Shown: one piece after another, positions 26,222-39,148 of the stretch
Layout of the letters: each line of letters begins with the position of its first letter
Position numbering within the stretch: the first letter of the stretch is position 1
NCBI RefSeq assembly: GCF_006345805.1
Contig: NC_042997.1
Coordinates: forward strand, 124,868,001-124,932,000
Length of the DNA: 64,000 nucleotides
From: Octopus sinensis
Taxonomy: Eukaryota
Direction of reading: 5' to 3'
Made by a program: the position numbers and the translations under genes
Notes under the pieces: model-generated
Databases searched by the model: none
The model's input: the letters and a program-made list of their open reading frames with translations, nothing else
What the model was told of the DNA's origin: nothing

Positions 26222-27508
26222 TACGAGGGGCGTTCAATAAGTAATGCCTCTGACCCACTTGCCTTTGTTTGAAATTTTGCATGTGCAATTATTGATATCT
26301 CTACAGATTAAGTGGCAAATTACAGCTCCGAGCTAATTGTGGTTTCTGATTTAGAGGTGTTTGAAATGAGTCAAGTGGGAAATGGAGCCTGTTGAGTGTC
26401 GAGCAGTGATCCGGTTTTTGTATTTGAAATGACGCACACCACAGGAGACTTTTAATGAAATGAAAGTAATTTATGGTGATGATGCCCCATCATATGACCT
26501 TGTAAAACGCTGGCATCGTGAATTCAAACATGGTCGGAACTCTGTAGAAACAGCTCCCAGATCTGGTCGCACCCCTTCTGCCATTGATGAGGCATCTGTC
26601 CGTCAAGTTGAGGCTGCCATTTTGGAAGATCGACGCATAACTATTCGCCAAATAGCCCATGAGGTCAAGATTAGTACCGGGTCTGTGGAAACTATCATTC
26701 ATGAGCATTTGCATATGCAAAAGGTGTCTGCCAGATGGATTTCCAGGTTGCTCACACTTTTCCAGAAGCAAGAACGCAAGAATTCCAGAAGCAAGAATTT
26801 AGGGATGTGCCAAGAAGATGAGTCAAAATTTTTCAAAAGACTGATTACACAGGATGAGACCTGGGTCCATCACTATGATCCAGAGACCAAAGCCCAGTCA
26901 ATGCAGTGGAAGCACCGTGACTCACCTCCTCCAAAGAAGGCAAGGGTGCAGCCCTCTGCTGGCAAGGTCATGCTCACAGTCTTCTGAGACCAGGACGGAG
27001 TAGTGATGACAGATTTCCTGGCAAAGGGTACCACAATTACAGGAGCCTATCATGTTTCACTTTTGAGGAAATTAAGAGAAGCTATCGAAACCAAGAGGCG
27101 GGGCAAGATCAGCAAAGGCATCCTCCTCCTGCAGGACAACGCTCCGGTCCACAACTCGCGTGTCGCCAGATCAGAAGCACAGGCGTGCGGCTATGAACTC
27201 GTCCCCCATCCCCCTACTCTCCTGACTTTGCACCCTCTGATTTTCACCTCTTCCCAGCCATGAAGTTGTTTTTGAAAGGAAAGCGTTTCCCAGATGATGC
27301 AGCCTTGATTTCTGAAGTCAGGTCGTGGTTGGAGGACCAAGCTGAGGTCTTCTACGAAAACGGTCTCCAGAACTGCATCAAACGATGGGAGAAATGCGTA
27401 CCCCTGGGTGGTTCCTATGTAGAAAAAGACTAATACCTGTGTCAAGTTTCGTTGCTGTACTGCAATGGGAAGTGGGTCAGGGGCATTACTTATTGAACAC
27501 CCCTCGTA
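26222..27508 (+). mobile_element. Full-length mariner transposon (about 1287 bp) in (TA)n
   Basis: TIRs TACGAGGGG(C/T)GTTCAATAAGTAATGCC at both ends. Complete transposase-homologous region inside. Confidence 0.96.
26382..27433 (+). pseudogene. Mariner DD34D transposase pseudogene
   Basis: MEPVECRAVIRF..., ITQDETWVHHYDPE, LQDNAPVH and APSDFHLFP. Premature TGA near 26430 and at 26985, and a 1-nt frameshift near 27215. Confidence 0.92.
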
Positions 27509-27550
27509 TATATGTATGTATATATGTATGTATATATGTATACGTATATA

Positions 27551-27628
<78 letters not shown>

Positions 27629-28907
27629 GAACGTGGTATAGCTGCGAGAACAGTAGAGAATTATTGGTTACTAACCTTTCTATGAAGGCAAAGAATTTGC
27701 CAACAGGCAGGTAAGGGCAAATCATTTTCTGTCTTGTAAGGTTAAATACTCAATCTTTCTCTGTTGTTCAGAAGGCTATACTGCGTTCGAAATTCACTAG
27801 GTTCTCTATAACATATATATGTCTGGGCCGTGGGCTATTTGTTACCAACAAAAGTTCGTCGGTAGGTGTTTGTATATACCTGATGCATGATAGTTTGTAT
27901 CTACTGTCTGCGTGCATTGTTAACATCAATTCGATGGTGTATGCATATGTGTGTACCTAGTGTGTGAGTGTGTAGATCTGGTACGTACGGGTATGTATAT
28001 ATTGCGTATACGTATGCATGCATGTGTGCCTGCTAGTAAATTTGATATGTGCGTGGGTTTTGAGGCATAAAAACGCGTGTCGTAGTTTTTGAATGTTTGC
28101 CCACAAACTCGAGCGTTTGTGGCTTTAATTCTTGTATCCGACATTATTTTATATATGTGAGTGTGATGTGGTTTGTATATGTATGTATGCGTGGGAGTGT
28201 GTTTCTTGATGGTCAAGTTATACAACGATTTTCGCGAGCAATGTCAAATATGTTCAGCTGAATTGAGCAGACGTGGAGTATATATGCCTCTTTGCTCAGA
28301 CAACAAATTGCATGAGTCTGTAACCGAATCACGATGTACAAAAACATTGGATGCATCAAATAATGCCGTAATTCAAACAAGCTATTGACTTCAATTGAAG
28401 AAATGCTACAGTTTGTCTCATCTTAAATCGATTTATGTTTCGTATACAATATGATGCCGGGTTTATCAAGGAATCCTCCAGTAAAACCGAGTTAAAACCT
28501 GCATCAAAAATTGAAACAAACTGCGTCATATATGCAAAATTCTTTCATAGATAAAATGCCATTTCCCAGTTTGAAATTACCGCTTTCATATGTTTCACAT
28601 AGTATGCATTTATTAATGAAACAGCGGACTTATCTGAGAGGTAGGCGGGTTTTTCACTATAGAATAACATGGCTTCCTAAATGATGGAATACTTGTTAAA
28701 CTACAAGTAACTTTAGACGGCATCGGCTGATTAAATATAATTACACTCTAAGCAATGTATTGATTATTTTTTCCCTCACTCGACATGAACACATAAATAT
28801 CTCTCCCCATGTGTGTGTGGCAGTGAATGCCTTTATGTATGTATGTACGTATGTATGTATGTATGTATGTATGTATGTATGTATGTATGTATGTGTGTAT
28901 GTATGTA

Positions 28908-28944
<37 letters not shown>

Positions 28945-30010
28945 AGACTCGCATATAATTGAGTGTTTGTACGTGTATGTGAAGCATGTATATATGTTTA
29001 TGCATATATAAGCAATAACAAAAAACGACTTATTCCTCAGTTTTTATGCTAAAATATGTTTATCTACATCAATAAATCCAAATTTAATTCGAATGTATTG
29101 GACGCTAATAAGTTCCCATGTAGTTGCTATTGTCCATAGTTACGTATTTATTTGTTGCTGCAGGAAGATAAACTAATTTTAGCCATCCTAGTTAATCCCT
29201 ATAGACAGCCTTGTCACAAGGGTAGAAATAGTTTAATGCACTGATCGGAGCTGATGTAATGAAAACGTTTTAACTTTGGCATATGTTGTTAGCATTTTAC
29301 TTTGTATGTTTGCAATAAATATTTTCCTATCTGAAACTCTAAACCATTCATGCTGCTCTGGCAAATTCACTGTAAGCTAGTAAATGTTTACAAACCAATA
29401 TACAATTTTATCGGGAAATTGACAGGAAAAGGAGCTTTCCAGTTCTACTTTAAATCAAAGACTGTCGCCAATGAAAGCCGAAACAAAGCTATGAATTTAC
29501 TCAGCTATACGAGTAACTAATGTTTTTAAAAAAATGCATTTACTTACACAATCGATAAATTTATATGAGAATGGTAACTCAATTGAAAAGTATCTAGAGA
29601 TGGTTGTTATGGTTGCATGGAATGCATTCTTTTTATTTTTGTAATAAATCAAATATTTTCGTATTTGATGTAAGTAAATCGACAGTTTGTGTGACCATTC
29701 ATTTAACTATATATTTCAGTCACACTCACAACTAAATTAACGTTTAAAATGATTGCACTTTCGGATTATCAATTCAAAATTAAAGGTCTTATTCATTGTG
29801 AAGAAACATAGGAGCAGCACACAAACCAAGAATTCAAATCAGTTGCGCAATTTTCTGATCTTACGTATCTATTACCTCTGCGAATGTTACTCGTAACAAA
29901 CTGACATTATATTCAAGGATTATACACCCTATAATGAACTCCACCATCGGAGTTAAGGGTAGGTCTCGTAGCACCCAGAAATGTACATATTTCTAGGAAA
30001 AACAGAGAGG

Positions 30011-31244
30011 GACGATATTGTATCAAAACATTTCCGGCCTAGTTACGTTTAATAAGAAAATAACTTAAATCTCAGTTTTAGCATCATTTCCTTCAAAATA
30101 GTCACCTTGTACAGCAATACACTGGTCTAAACGTTCGTGCCACTTTTGGAATCTGGCCTGGAAGTTGTTTTCCGTAAGCGAGTCGAAGACCTTCTGTGAT
30201 TCGCTTTTGATCTTGACAACGATGTTAAAATGGCGGGCTTTCAGCTGTATTTTCATCTTGGGAGAGAGATGGAGGTCTACTGGTACTAGATCTGGCGAGT
30301 AGTACGGGTGTGAAAGCGATACTATGTTGTTTTTGATAAGAAACTCAAGAGTAAGGAGAGCTCGGTGACATGGTGCATTGTCATCGTGAAGAATCTAGTT
30401 CTTTGTGCTCCAAAAATCTGGTCGCTTTCGCCGAAAGTCACCCCCCACCCAATCGTTTCAGAACGTTGTAGTAGAACTCTAGATTGACGGTTTGGCCCTG
30501 GGAGGCACAATACCGCGGATGTAAAAGAAAAAAAAATTATAAGCATTCTCTTGATTGAGCTGCGGCTCTCTTCTGCATTCTTTGCTCGTAGTGATGATAA
30601 GTTCTTTCATGGCGACGACTGCTGCTTTGCCTTATGGTCGTACCCGTACACCCAACTCACATCACCGGTGATGATCCTCGACATGGATGATGGGTCATCA
30701 GCGGCACGCTGACGGAGGTCTTGGCAGACATCAACGCGATGTTCTTTCTGCTCAGTGGTCAGCTTGCGGGGGACAAACTTGGCAGAGACACCCTGCATGT
30801 TCGAATTCAAACGCTAGAATTGCCTGCACGGACCCATACGACAGACCAACAACATCAGCAATGTCAGATTATTCTCCAACGATCTTCATGCAAAAGCTGA
30901 TGAATTTCCGGCGATGACGCTCGTGGCAGGTCTTCCAGATCATTCCATCGTTTTCCAGGGATGTTCTTCAGTGCCACTCGAACCATTGCGTACGGCCCAT
31001 TGCCTCGTCACCGTAAACATGCTGAAGCATGTTCAATATCTCTGTAGGATTCTTCCCGAGTTTAGCACAAAATTTAACATTGGCTCTTTGTTCCAACTTC
31101 CTCGCAGACTACAGCATACATGTGATCACAAAAACACAAATTTCACAACTTGCGAAGTAAACACAGTGATGACACTCGGCACACTGGTGCTCTACACTGG
31201 CGCTCTACTGAATTAGTCGGGAAATATTTTGATACTACCTCGTA
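30011..31244 (-). mobile_element. Degenerate mariner transposon
   Basis: Imperfect TIRs (TACGAGGTAGTATCAAAATATTTCCCGACT). Remnants AKFVPRKLTTEQKEHRV, IITGDVSWVYGYD and FQKWHERLDQCIAVQGDYFEG. Confidence 0.88.
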
Positions 31245-32877
31245 ATTGTGGTGTGTAGTAACCACGTGTTACGCACAAGCATTTGGAAGTCAAACTAAGT
31301 GGGTTTTGCTTCATTTAATAACTGAAGCTTAATTGATGAGATGTTTCTTCGTGCACAATTTTAAGTCAATTTTCACAGACCCAAAGCAGAGTGATTTATT
31401 TACTGGGGCTGAAAGTAGCAAACTTTTTTATCGCACCTTCAACTATACCATTTTTAAAGTGTCATATTTTACATACACATTTAGAAATACATTCTTTAAT
31501 TTACTGACTGTAGTTCCAGGTTCCATTCCAACTTTCAAATATGTTTTTTACTAGATTCCGAAGTTCACGAAAACCTTGTGAGTGAAATTTGATAAAGAGA
31601 AGCTGAATGAAAGTATGTTGGATGGATGATCCTTGTTCTTCATTTACGAACTATATTTAAATCGTCCGCTGGGTTTATTGCCCCGGCGTTGGCGTTCAGT
31701 TATTGTATCTGAATCTACATTGCTGCAATAATTCTGGTCAGGTCTTAGGTTTGAGGTTAATTTTCTCCCAACTTCCATTTACCATTTCCTTCGTACAATC
31801 TCAGAAGCCCTTAATCTAAATCTATATCCCCCACCCCACTTATAACTTTAGATGTCTGCAGAAGCAGTTTAAACTGCCTTGCAAGCACTGGAATCAGGGC
31901 TCCTGTCTGAAGCCATCTTCGCTTACTCTCAGAAGTGTAGAAGGCACTCAAGTGGAACATGAGTCCTGTCCTGTCCCCCTTGACGCAGATATTTCAGACA
32001 TCTTCCCATAAGCAATGCATTGTGAATATTTCCACTTCGATTAGAAATACAAGACACTGTAGAATACAAATTCTACTGAAGAAGTATTATAATATTTATT
32101 CACAAACATATCGTTGCTGTCGTCTACATTGCCATGTGTGATAGAGTACAGCGTAATACGTGGATGTGAAAACTTTCTATTAAAAGCGCAAGAAAGTGGG
32201 TTACTACATCAGATAAGCCGCTCTATAGTCATGAGTTCGTAATCCATGGAAGAAGACCTATAATATTTATGCAAAAATATATCGTTCTTTTTATGCTTTT
32301 GTGTACATTGCTGTCTGAGATAGTCTTCTGTGTTCTGTTAGATCGGACAGATCATTAAAAACTTTATAACCATCCTTAACATTTGTAACTGTGTTGAACA
32401 ATGGAATGGCTATGACACAAAATGAAATAACCGAGAGTATAAAACAATATTAGTCTTATGCGGTCTAGCAGTGGAATATAGTCGATGGTTTAAATGAAAC
32501 AAGGCTGTTCTGTATTGGATATGACAGCAAAGAGATTACAAACAAGATAGCCTTTCTTTTCGATCTCCACAATGAAATGATATCGCAATTGTTCGCTGAA
32601 GAATAATTTTCCTTTGTAGAATTCAACACTGTCCCCCTAGGGGACTATTATCTTTTCTGAATTCCTTGAAATAGATTACAAGTAAGAAGTCAGTTATGTA
32701 ACTTTTACAGTAGTTTTGTCTTTATTCGATGTTGGTTTTTTTTTATATCTCTCTTTTTAACTCACTGTCTTGATTTCACTCGCTCTTTCTTTCTCTTTCT
32801 CTTTCTCTCAGAAAATATTCTATATTTTATAATGTTTTGCATTAATACAACCCTTGTAGTGAATAAACAAAAGATAC

Positions 32878-33085
32878 GAAGAAGAAGAAGAAGAAGAAGA
32901 AGAAATAGGGAAAGAAGAAGAAAAAGAAGGGGAAGAAGAAAAAGAAGAAGAAGAAGAAGAAGAAGAAGAAGAAGAAAAAGAAGAGGAAGGGGAGGAGGAG
33001 GAGGAGGAGGAAGAAGGGGAAAAAGAAAAAAAGAAGAAGGGAAGAAGAAGAAGAAGACGAAGAGGAGTAGGAGGAGGAGTAACAT
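32878..33085. repeat. (GAA)n/(GGA)n purine-rich microsatellite
   Basis: Direct reading. Confidence 0.9.
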
Positions 33086-33639
33086 CATCATAATCATCAT
33101 CATTGTCGGTCTTCTCGCTTTTATTGTTGGTCTCTCTTTCATTGCGTGAAAGTTCTCTTTCACCAAGTCATTTCTTTCTTCCGTGCTGGTAAGAATGCAT
33201 TTATACACACATAGAATAATTTTCTGCCTGTATATATATATATATATATATTATTTATATACAAATGCTCACTTACACAGAAATGCCATACACACAAACA
33301 AGCGCACACACACACGCGCGCGCGCGTATATGTATATGTACATCAGCGAGTCTCTATGCTTATTAGTGAGTGTATGCATATCCGCTTATCTGTTTGTGAA
33401 TGTGTCAAGATTTTATCTTTACAACAACTTTTAGCTGTGACTTATACTGCATCTAACTCTTCTTTGCTCTAATTTCAGGAAGTCTTACAACACAATGATG
33501 CCTTATCTGACATTAAACGCTGACGTTCACTGCATTCAGCTGGTATTTCTAGTATATACAGAAGCGGGTTTCTTTATGCGTGCTCTCTCGCCTTCTTGCT
33601 CTCTCTCTTTCTCTCTATCTATCTGTCTATATATATTCG

Positions 33640-33815
33640 TTCTTTTATTCGGTTATTTGTTTTAGTCATTTGACTGCGGCCATGCCGGAGTACCAGCTTT
33701 AGTCGAACAAATCGACCCCAGGACTTAGTACCTATTCTATCGCGTTCTTTTATCGAACCGCTATTGTACGGAGACGTAAACACACTAACATTGGTTGTCA
33801 AGTGATGGTGGGGGA
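33640..33815 (-). mobile_element. Family B SINE 3' fragment
   Basis: TTGTTTTAGTCATTTGACTGCGGCCATG..GGAG matches 39320 onward. Confidence 0.75.
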
Positions 33816-34044
33816 CTCACACAGATGTGTATGCCTGAATGCATGTATATGTATTTATGTACGTATTTATGTACTATACCTATGGCTTCTGCTATTATAA
33901 TAATGGTAATGATAAGGCAAATAACAACAATTCGGATAATAGTAATTTTGAATGGAGATGTGCGTGTATGTGTTTGTGTATATTTAGACATATGTAAATG
34001 CACACACATCTACATTCATATATACATGTATATATTGAGATATT

Positions 34045-34305
34045 TGTGGAGGCGCAATGGCCCAGTAGTTAGGGCACGCAGACTCGCGGTTTCGCGTTGT
34101 GTGTGTTTATTGAGCAAAAACACCTAAAGCTCCACGATGCTCCAGCAGGGGGTGGTGGCGACCCCTGTTGTACTCTTTCGCCCCAACTTTCTCTCACTCT
34201 TTCTTCCTGTGATGGACTGGCATCCCATCCAGCTAGGGAGAACACATACGCCACAGAAACCAGGCCCATGATCCTGACTAGGCTTGAAAAGGGCGCATAA
34301 ATAAA
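34045..34305 (+). mobile_element. Family D SINE
   Basis: High similarity to 14514-14820. Confidence 0.85.
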
Positions 34306-35432
34306 AATAATATAGATATTTATATATACAGTAATCGCTCGACTATCGCGTGTGTTACGTTCCAAAACCACTCGCGATATTTGGACAACAATATGGCGAG
34401 AGATTACTGTATATTGAAATTATATACATGTGTATATATGTCTTTGTGTGTGTATGTGTACGTGTGTATTTGTGTGCGTTTGTTGTCTTTACACAGCACA
34501 GTATAACTTGGTAAAGTTACTGCATAGTACCTTTACCAAGGCTGAGCTAACATGCAAATATGCCTATCTTAGAATGCATATCACAGTACATATTTAAGAA
34601 CAGCATAATGCAGTTCCTATCCTTAAGTGCATGGCAAGCACAATTAACTCTGAAGTGCCTGCTACAGCTATCTAAGATATGTCTACCATCTTGTGGTATA
34701 TAATTAATTCACTGTAATGTGTCGGTCACTGTAACTCACAACGTCCCTAACATTAAATATGCATCTCAAAGAATTATTCATATCTTATATGCTTCCTCAT
34801 AGTTCATTCTGTATCAAAGTCTCAGGTTACATTTTGTCCGTGTTTTTCTCTAGAAAACGTTGACCTACAGGTGTTCAGGCTGGACATCGTTTGCATCATG
34901 TCCCAAGTCGGAAGTAACTAAGAATATGAAATACAGCTATATGGCGGTGGTATGTAATTGATATATAAGTTAAAGAAGAAATTTTGTATTGGGTATGACA
35001 GCAATGGGATTACAAACATATCGTTTTTCTTTCTGAGTCAACGGGAAGGTACTGCTCTTTCGTTTTATTTTCGAGATACATAAGTATCAATAGTCGACTC
35101 CACGTAACTTATTGACTTGCAGTTATGAGTTCAATTCCAGCCAAGGACAAAGATGCACACAATACACAGCGTCCTAACTAAAGCTATATTTATATCGAAC
35201 TGGCCTCGATATCAAGAAACCTATTGAGAGACAGGAACCCAAATCAATTTGCTCTTAATTCCTTATGTTGAGGTTTAACTGTCAAATCACTGCACCTAAT
35301 CCAGTTCGTCCTAGATTCATATAATAAACCCGATCATATCATGGTTATTACTACCTCTGTTATATTGTCTGGTTTATCTATATTTCTACTGCAATGGACT
35401 ACTACTTCGGTTTCATATTATTTGGCAATGGA

Positions 35433-35790
35433 AAGGCGGCGAGCTGGCAGAATCGTTAGCACGCGGGGTGAAATGCTTTGTGGTATTTCCTCCGCCGCTG
35501 CGTTCTGAGTTCATATTCCGCCGAGGTCAACTTTACCTTTCATCCTTTCGGGGTCGATAAATTAAGTACCAGTTACGTACTGGGGTCGATGTAATCGATT
35601 TTATCCATTTGTCTGTGCTTGTTTGTCCCCTCTATGTTTAACTCCTTTAATAAAGAAATAAGAAACTTTAGCATGCCGAGCGAAATGCTTAGCAGTTTTT
35701 TCGTCTGTATTTACGTTCTGAGTTCAAATTCTGCCGACTGGACCCTCGCCCAATATTTCGGACCTTGTGCCTAGAATGGAAATGATTATT
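35433..35790 (+). mobile_element. Family A SINE dimer (tail i, then truncated tail iii)
   Basis: Junction AAAGAAATA|AGAAAC at 35660/35661. Confidence 0.8.
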
Positions 35791-35929
35791 TGGCAATATA
35801 AAAGTTAACTTTTACATTTGACTTACGGAGGAGAACGCGATAATACATACAGCGTATTCATCGTTGGTAAACATCAAAGGTTTAACTTTGTGTCAGCATA
35901 TCTAATGCAATTATTATTAAAAAGCTAAA

Positions 35930-36386
35930 TAGAAATCTAAAATTATAAGGTACTTATTGTTGGTAAATAGTGAATATAAAGTATTGTTAACAAATCTAAT
36001 GTTATAAATATAAAAATAATAACAAATATTTCGTTTTTGGATTTGGTTTGCTTGGCTAAAGCTTATATTTCGTTTTTGGATTTGGTTTGCAAGATTCTTT
36101 ATATGAGTTCGTGCGTTGAAGCATATTCTGTTGTGTCTGGGGAGAGTCATTTTCTTTTTGTGCCTTATAGTGTAACACATTCACCGGCAAAATTTTCACT
36201 TATTTTTATTTTCCTAAAATTTTCATTGCGTCTTGCAACCTTTTCAATAGTCTTGACTCAAAGGTTGCAAGAGGCAATGAAAATTTTAGAAAAATAAAAA
36301 TAAGAAATAAGTGGAAATTTTACCGGTGAGTGGGTTACATTATAAGGCAGAAAAAGAAAATGACTCTCCCCAGTCACAACAGAATA
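35930..36386. mobile_element. Palindromic foldback/MITE-like element
   Basis: About 120-bp inverted arms (36124-36244 vs 36260-36386) around a loop of about 15 nt. Homologous to 5839-6095. Confidence 0.78.
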
Positions 36387-38042
36387 ACAAATAAATATTC
36401 AGTTAAAAGGAAAAAAAACATTAGTTACCGTAAAGTAATAATTAATGTCTAAGTGAAAGAGATACTCGAGATATGCTCCTGTACTATTCTAACCACATTA
36501 ACAAAGTATATACTTCACCTTATGTACCAATGTAGTTACAGATGACTGAATCATGAAGTCAATGGATTCAAGTTTAATACTTAGTTACCTACGAGGTGTA
36601 ACTAGATATTAATAGAACACTGTTGCTGGTTTTAGCATTTATCTGGGTTGCAAGATAGGATTGATATTGAATATAGGCATAAACCCTCAAATTTAGCGTA
36701 TATTTTGTCTTTTAGTCAGGATGGAAGGAAGTATCCATGATCTTTTTCATAGGTTCCAAGATTGGTATTAGGAAGGGAATAAGTTTTTCAAAACCCGAAG
36801 ACCTTGCTACCGAGTGGATTCCGTTAAAATCACCCAATATCCCAAGTTGTAGTTTTAATTCGAGCGACCGAACATTTGCATTCCACTAGAGTAGGCCACA
36901 ATGGGATTTGAACTAAAAATGCAAAGAACAGAAACAAACACATCAAGACATATTTTCCAGAATTTTTATTGTTCCACCAATCCACTATCTTGGATTTGTA
37001 ATTTTTCCTCAACAAAGTTTAACGTAGCTTCACTTTTTTGATTTTAAATCCCATAAAGATCAGTTTTGCATTTCATACTTCCGGAGTCGTTAACATATGA
37101 AGGTGCTGAGTGTTGGACTATATTTAATTTGGTAATAAAAAATAAATATTCATCGAAGAAAAAAAGAAAGGTGTTAATCGATGATTAATATTGTCTTCGT
37201 TTTTTTTTCCTTTTTCCCTCGTAAACACAGGTGACAGCTCGCTTCATGATGGATTAAGTCATTTAGAGAAACTTCTGTTCCCAAGTGATACATATTTTAT
37301 CCACCTCGAAAAAACTGAAATAGTCAACATCGGTAGGATTTTCAGTTAGAAAGTAAAGAGACGCAAATAACTATCCCCGTGCATTTTGAACAGCTCACTT
37401 CCAATTCTACCGATTCGCTGTCATTTATGCAAGCTATAATTAATATAAAATGACCGTTTGAAAATGCCAACAACTAACCTTGTGCGACATGTGCGCATAA
37501 TGACGAAAACATCTGACATGCACGCACATTCACTGAGCTTCTATTAAACAGTTGTATTTGCTTGCAGGTGGGTCCTTGCTTCAGCCGATTCCCTCATGGA
37601 ATCAAACTGCCATTTTTAACAGAGAACGTGTTGGATAAGGAGAATGAAAGAAAGTGAAAGGAATTGTACAGTTTAGAACAGTTTTTTTACTCCCATTACA
37701 GTTAGTGCTTATCAACTTCTTCCAAGTAACAAATGCATGAGTAGGAAATTAGAAGTAGAAAGGGATGTGATATATTCTAACAATTTTTATGAAAGGTAGA
37801 TGAGTGTGCGACAAATGACACAGGTAATTGGACCCATACCAATATGTGGTTGTAGACTATCACAAGAATCGCAGGACATATTTGTTTTATTTTTTGTGTC
37901 CCAGGGTAATCGTCTGTTATATATGTGGTGTGTCCAGAATTACAGTATGTGGTTTCTCCTTCAAGTGTGGGGAACCCGTTTTTCTTCGAAAATTACTATT
38001 TGTAAATCTGTCAGATATTCAACAACAGTACTCTACAGAAAC

Positions 38043-38196
38043 ATAACATGGCAGTCCTGGTTTAGGAGCAAAGGTTGCCGTAATTTAGCCCCAGGAGACA
38101 TCGGCTCCAGATCGTATCGTATAGCCACCTGGAGACGATGGGCTAAATTACAGCGATTCGTCCAAAATTCTTCCTAAACCAGGACTGCTATGTTAT
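38043..38196 (+). other. Long imperfect hairpin (about 55 paired bases)
   Basis: ATAACATGGCAGTCCTGGTTTAGGA pairs with 38172-38196, GTAATTTAGCCC with GGGCTAAATTAC, and ATCGGCTCCAG with CTGGAGACGAT. Confidence 0.7.
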
Positions 38197-38689
38197 ATTG
38201 GCAAACAATATTTTCCTTTTTTCTTATACTGTTATAACCTATTCACGTGTGTTTACTGTTGTTGTCCATTTTTATTAGAAGTAAATCTTCCACAATACTC
38301 AAACGATACTGACATTGAGAAAAACAACAATTTACGTGTCACTCAGTCTGAGGGTAAATGTCATAGTTCTGTAACACCGAAGGATGCTTCTTTGCCAGAG
38401 CCTCTGATTGGAGAGAAATATAAGCTGAAACTTTCCTACCCCTGCATTAGCGAAAAGGGAACAGATTTCTTTATGTTCCAAATGTAAGAGGTTGGTAGCC
38501 CTAGCTGATGTGTTGAAAGATTTTTCCTCTATCGTCTGAGAGGCAGTTATGATATTGTATGTCTAGTTCTTAAAACTGATAACAGGACGATGAAGTCCAC
38601 CGTGTAGGTACATCATACATATACAAGCCATATGATATGTTATCCGTAGAGGTAGACGAAAACAATGTCTCTTTCTCTACTATCTGTAT

Positions 38690-38970
38690 AATAATAATAA
38701 TAATAATAATAATAGCGAAAGCCTCATGAACATTTTGCATCACAACAAATCACAGCACATACCCAAGGCACACAGAGCTGCGCTCGGTAGTGAAGTGAAA
38801 GCACGCTATAAAAATAAAACTACTGAATATAATAATAATAATAATAATAATATAATAATAATATAATAATAATAATAATAATAATATAATAATAATAATA
38901 ATAATAATAACCCAGGCACACAGAGCTGCGCTCGGTAGTGAAGTGAAAGCACGCTATAAAAATAAAACTA

Positions 38971-39045
<75 letters not shown>

Positions 39046-39130
39046 CCAAGGCACACAGAGCTGCGCTCGGTAGTGAAGTGAAAGCACGCTATAAAAATAA
39101 AACTACTGAAGAACAATAATAATAATAATA
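38690..39130 (+). repeat. Array of three Dong-like LINE 3' tails separated by (TAA)n
   Basis: Units at 38738-38827, 38910-38975 and 39044-39110, homologous to 25329-25416. Confidence 0.85.
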
Positions 39131-39148
39131 ATGATAATAATATTAATA

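Noticed and set aside
31850-32012. PCKHWNQGSC resembling a CCCH zinc finger
   Set aside because: The third Cys and the His are absent. The opposite strand equally resembles a decayed LINE CCHC motif, so I could not support either call.
33479-33542. Plus-strand candidate exon (TTTCAG|...|GTATTT, KSYNTMMPYLTLNADVHCIQL)
   Set aside because: Weak donor, no recognisable homology and no compatible neighbouring exons. Such sites arise by chance in 64 kb.
37790-37830. VDECATNDT resembling an EGF-Ca exon start
   Set aside because: Only 28 nt, poor acceptor and no continuation.
38690-39130. CRISPR-like appearance (repeat-spacer-repeat)
   Set aside because: The spacers are (TAA)n, the repeat is a LINE 3' UTR, and the context is eukaryotic with no cas genes.
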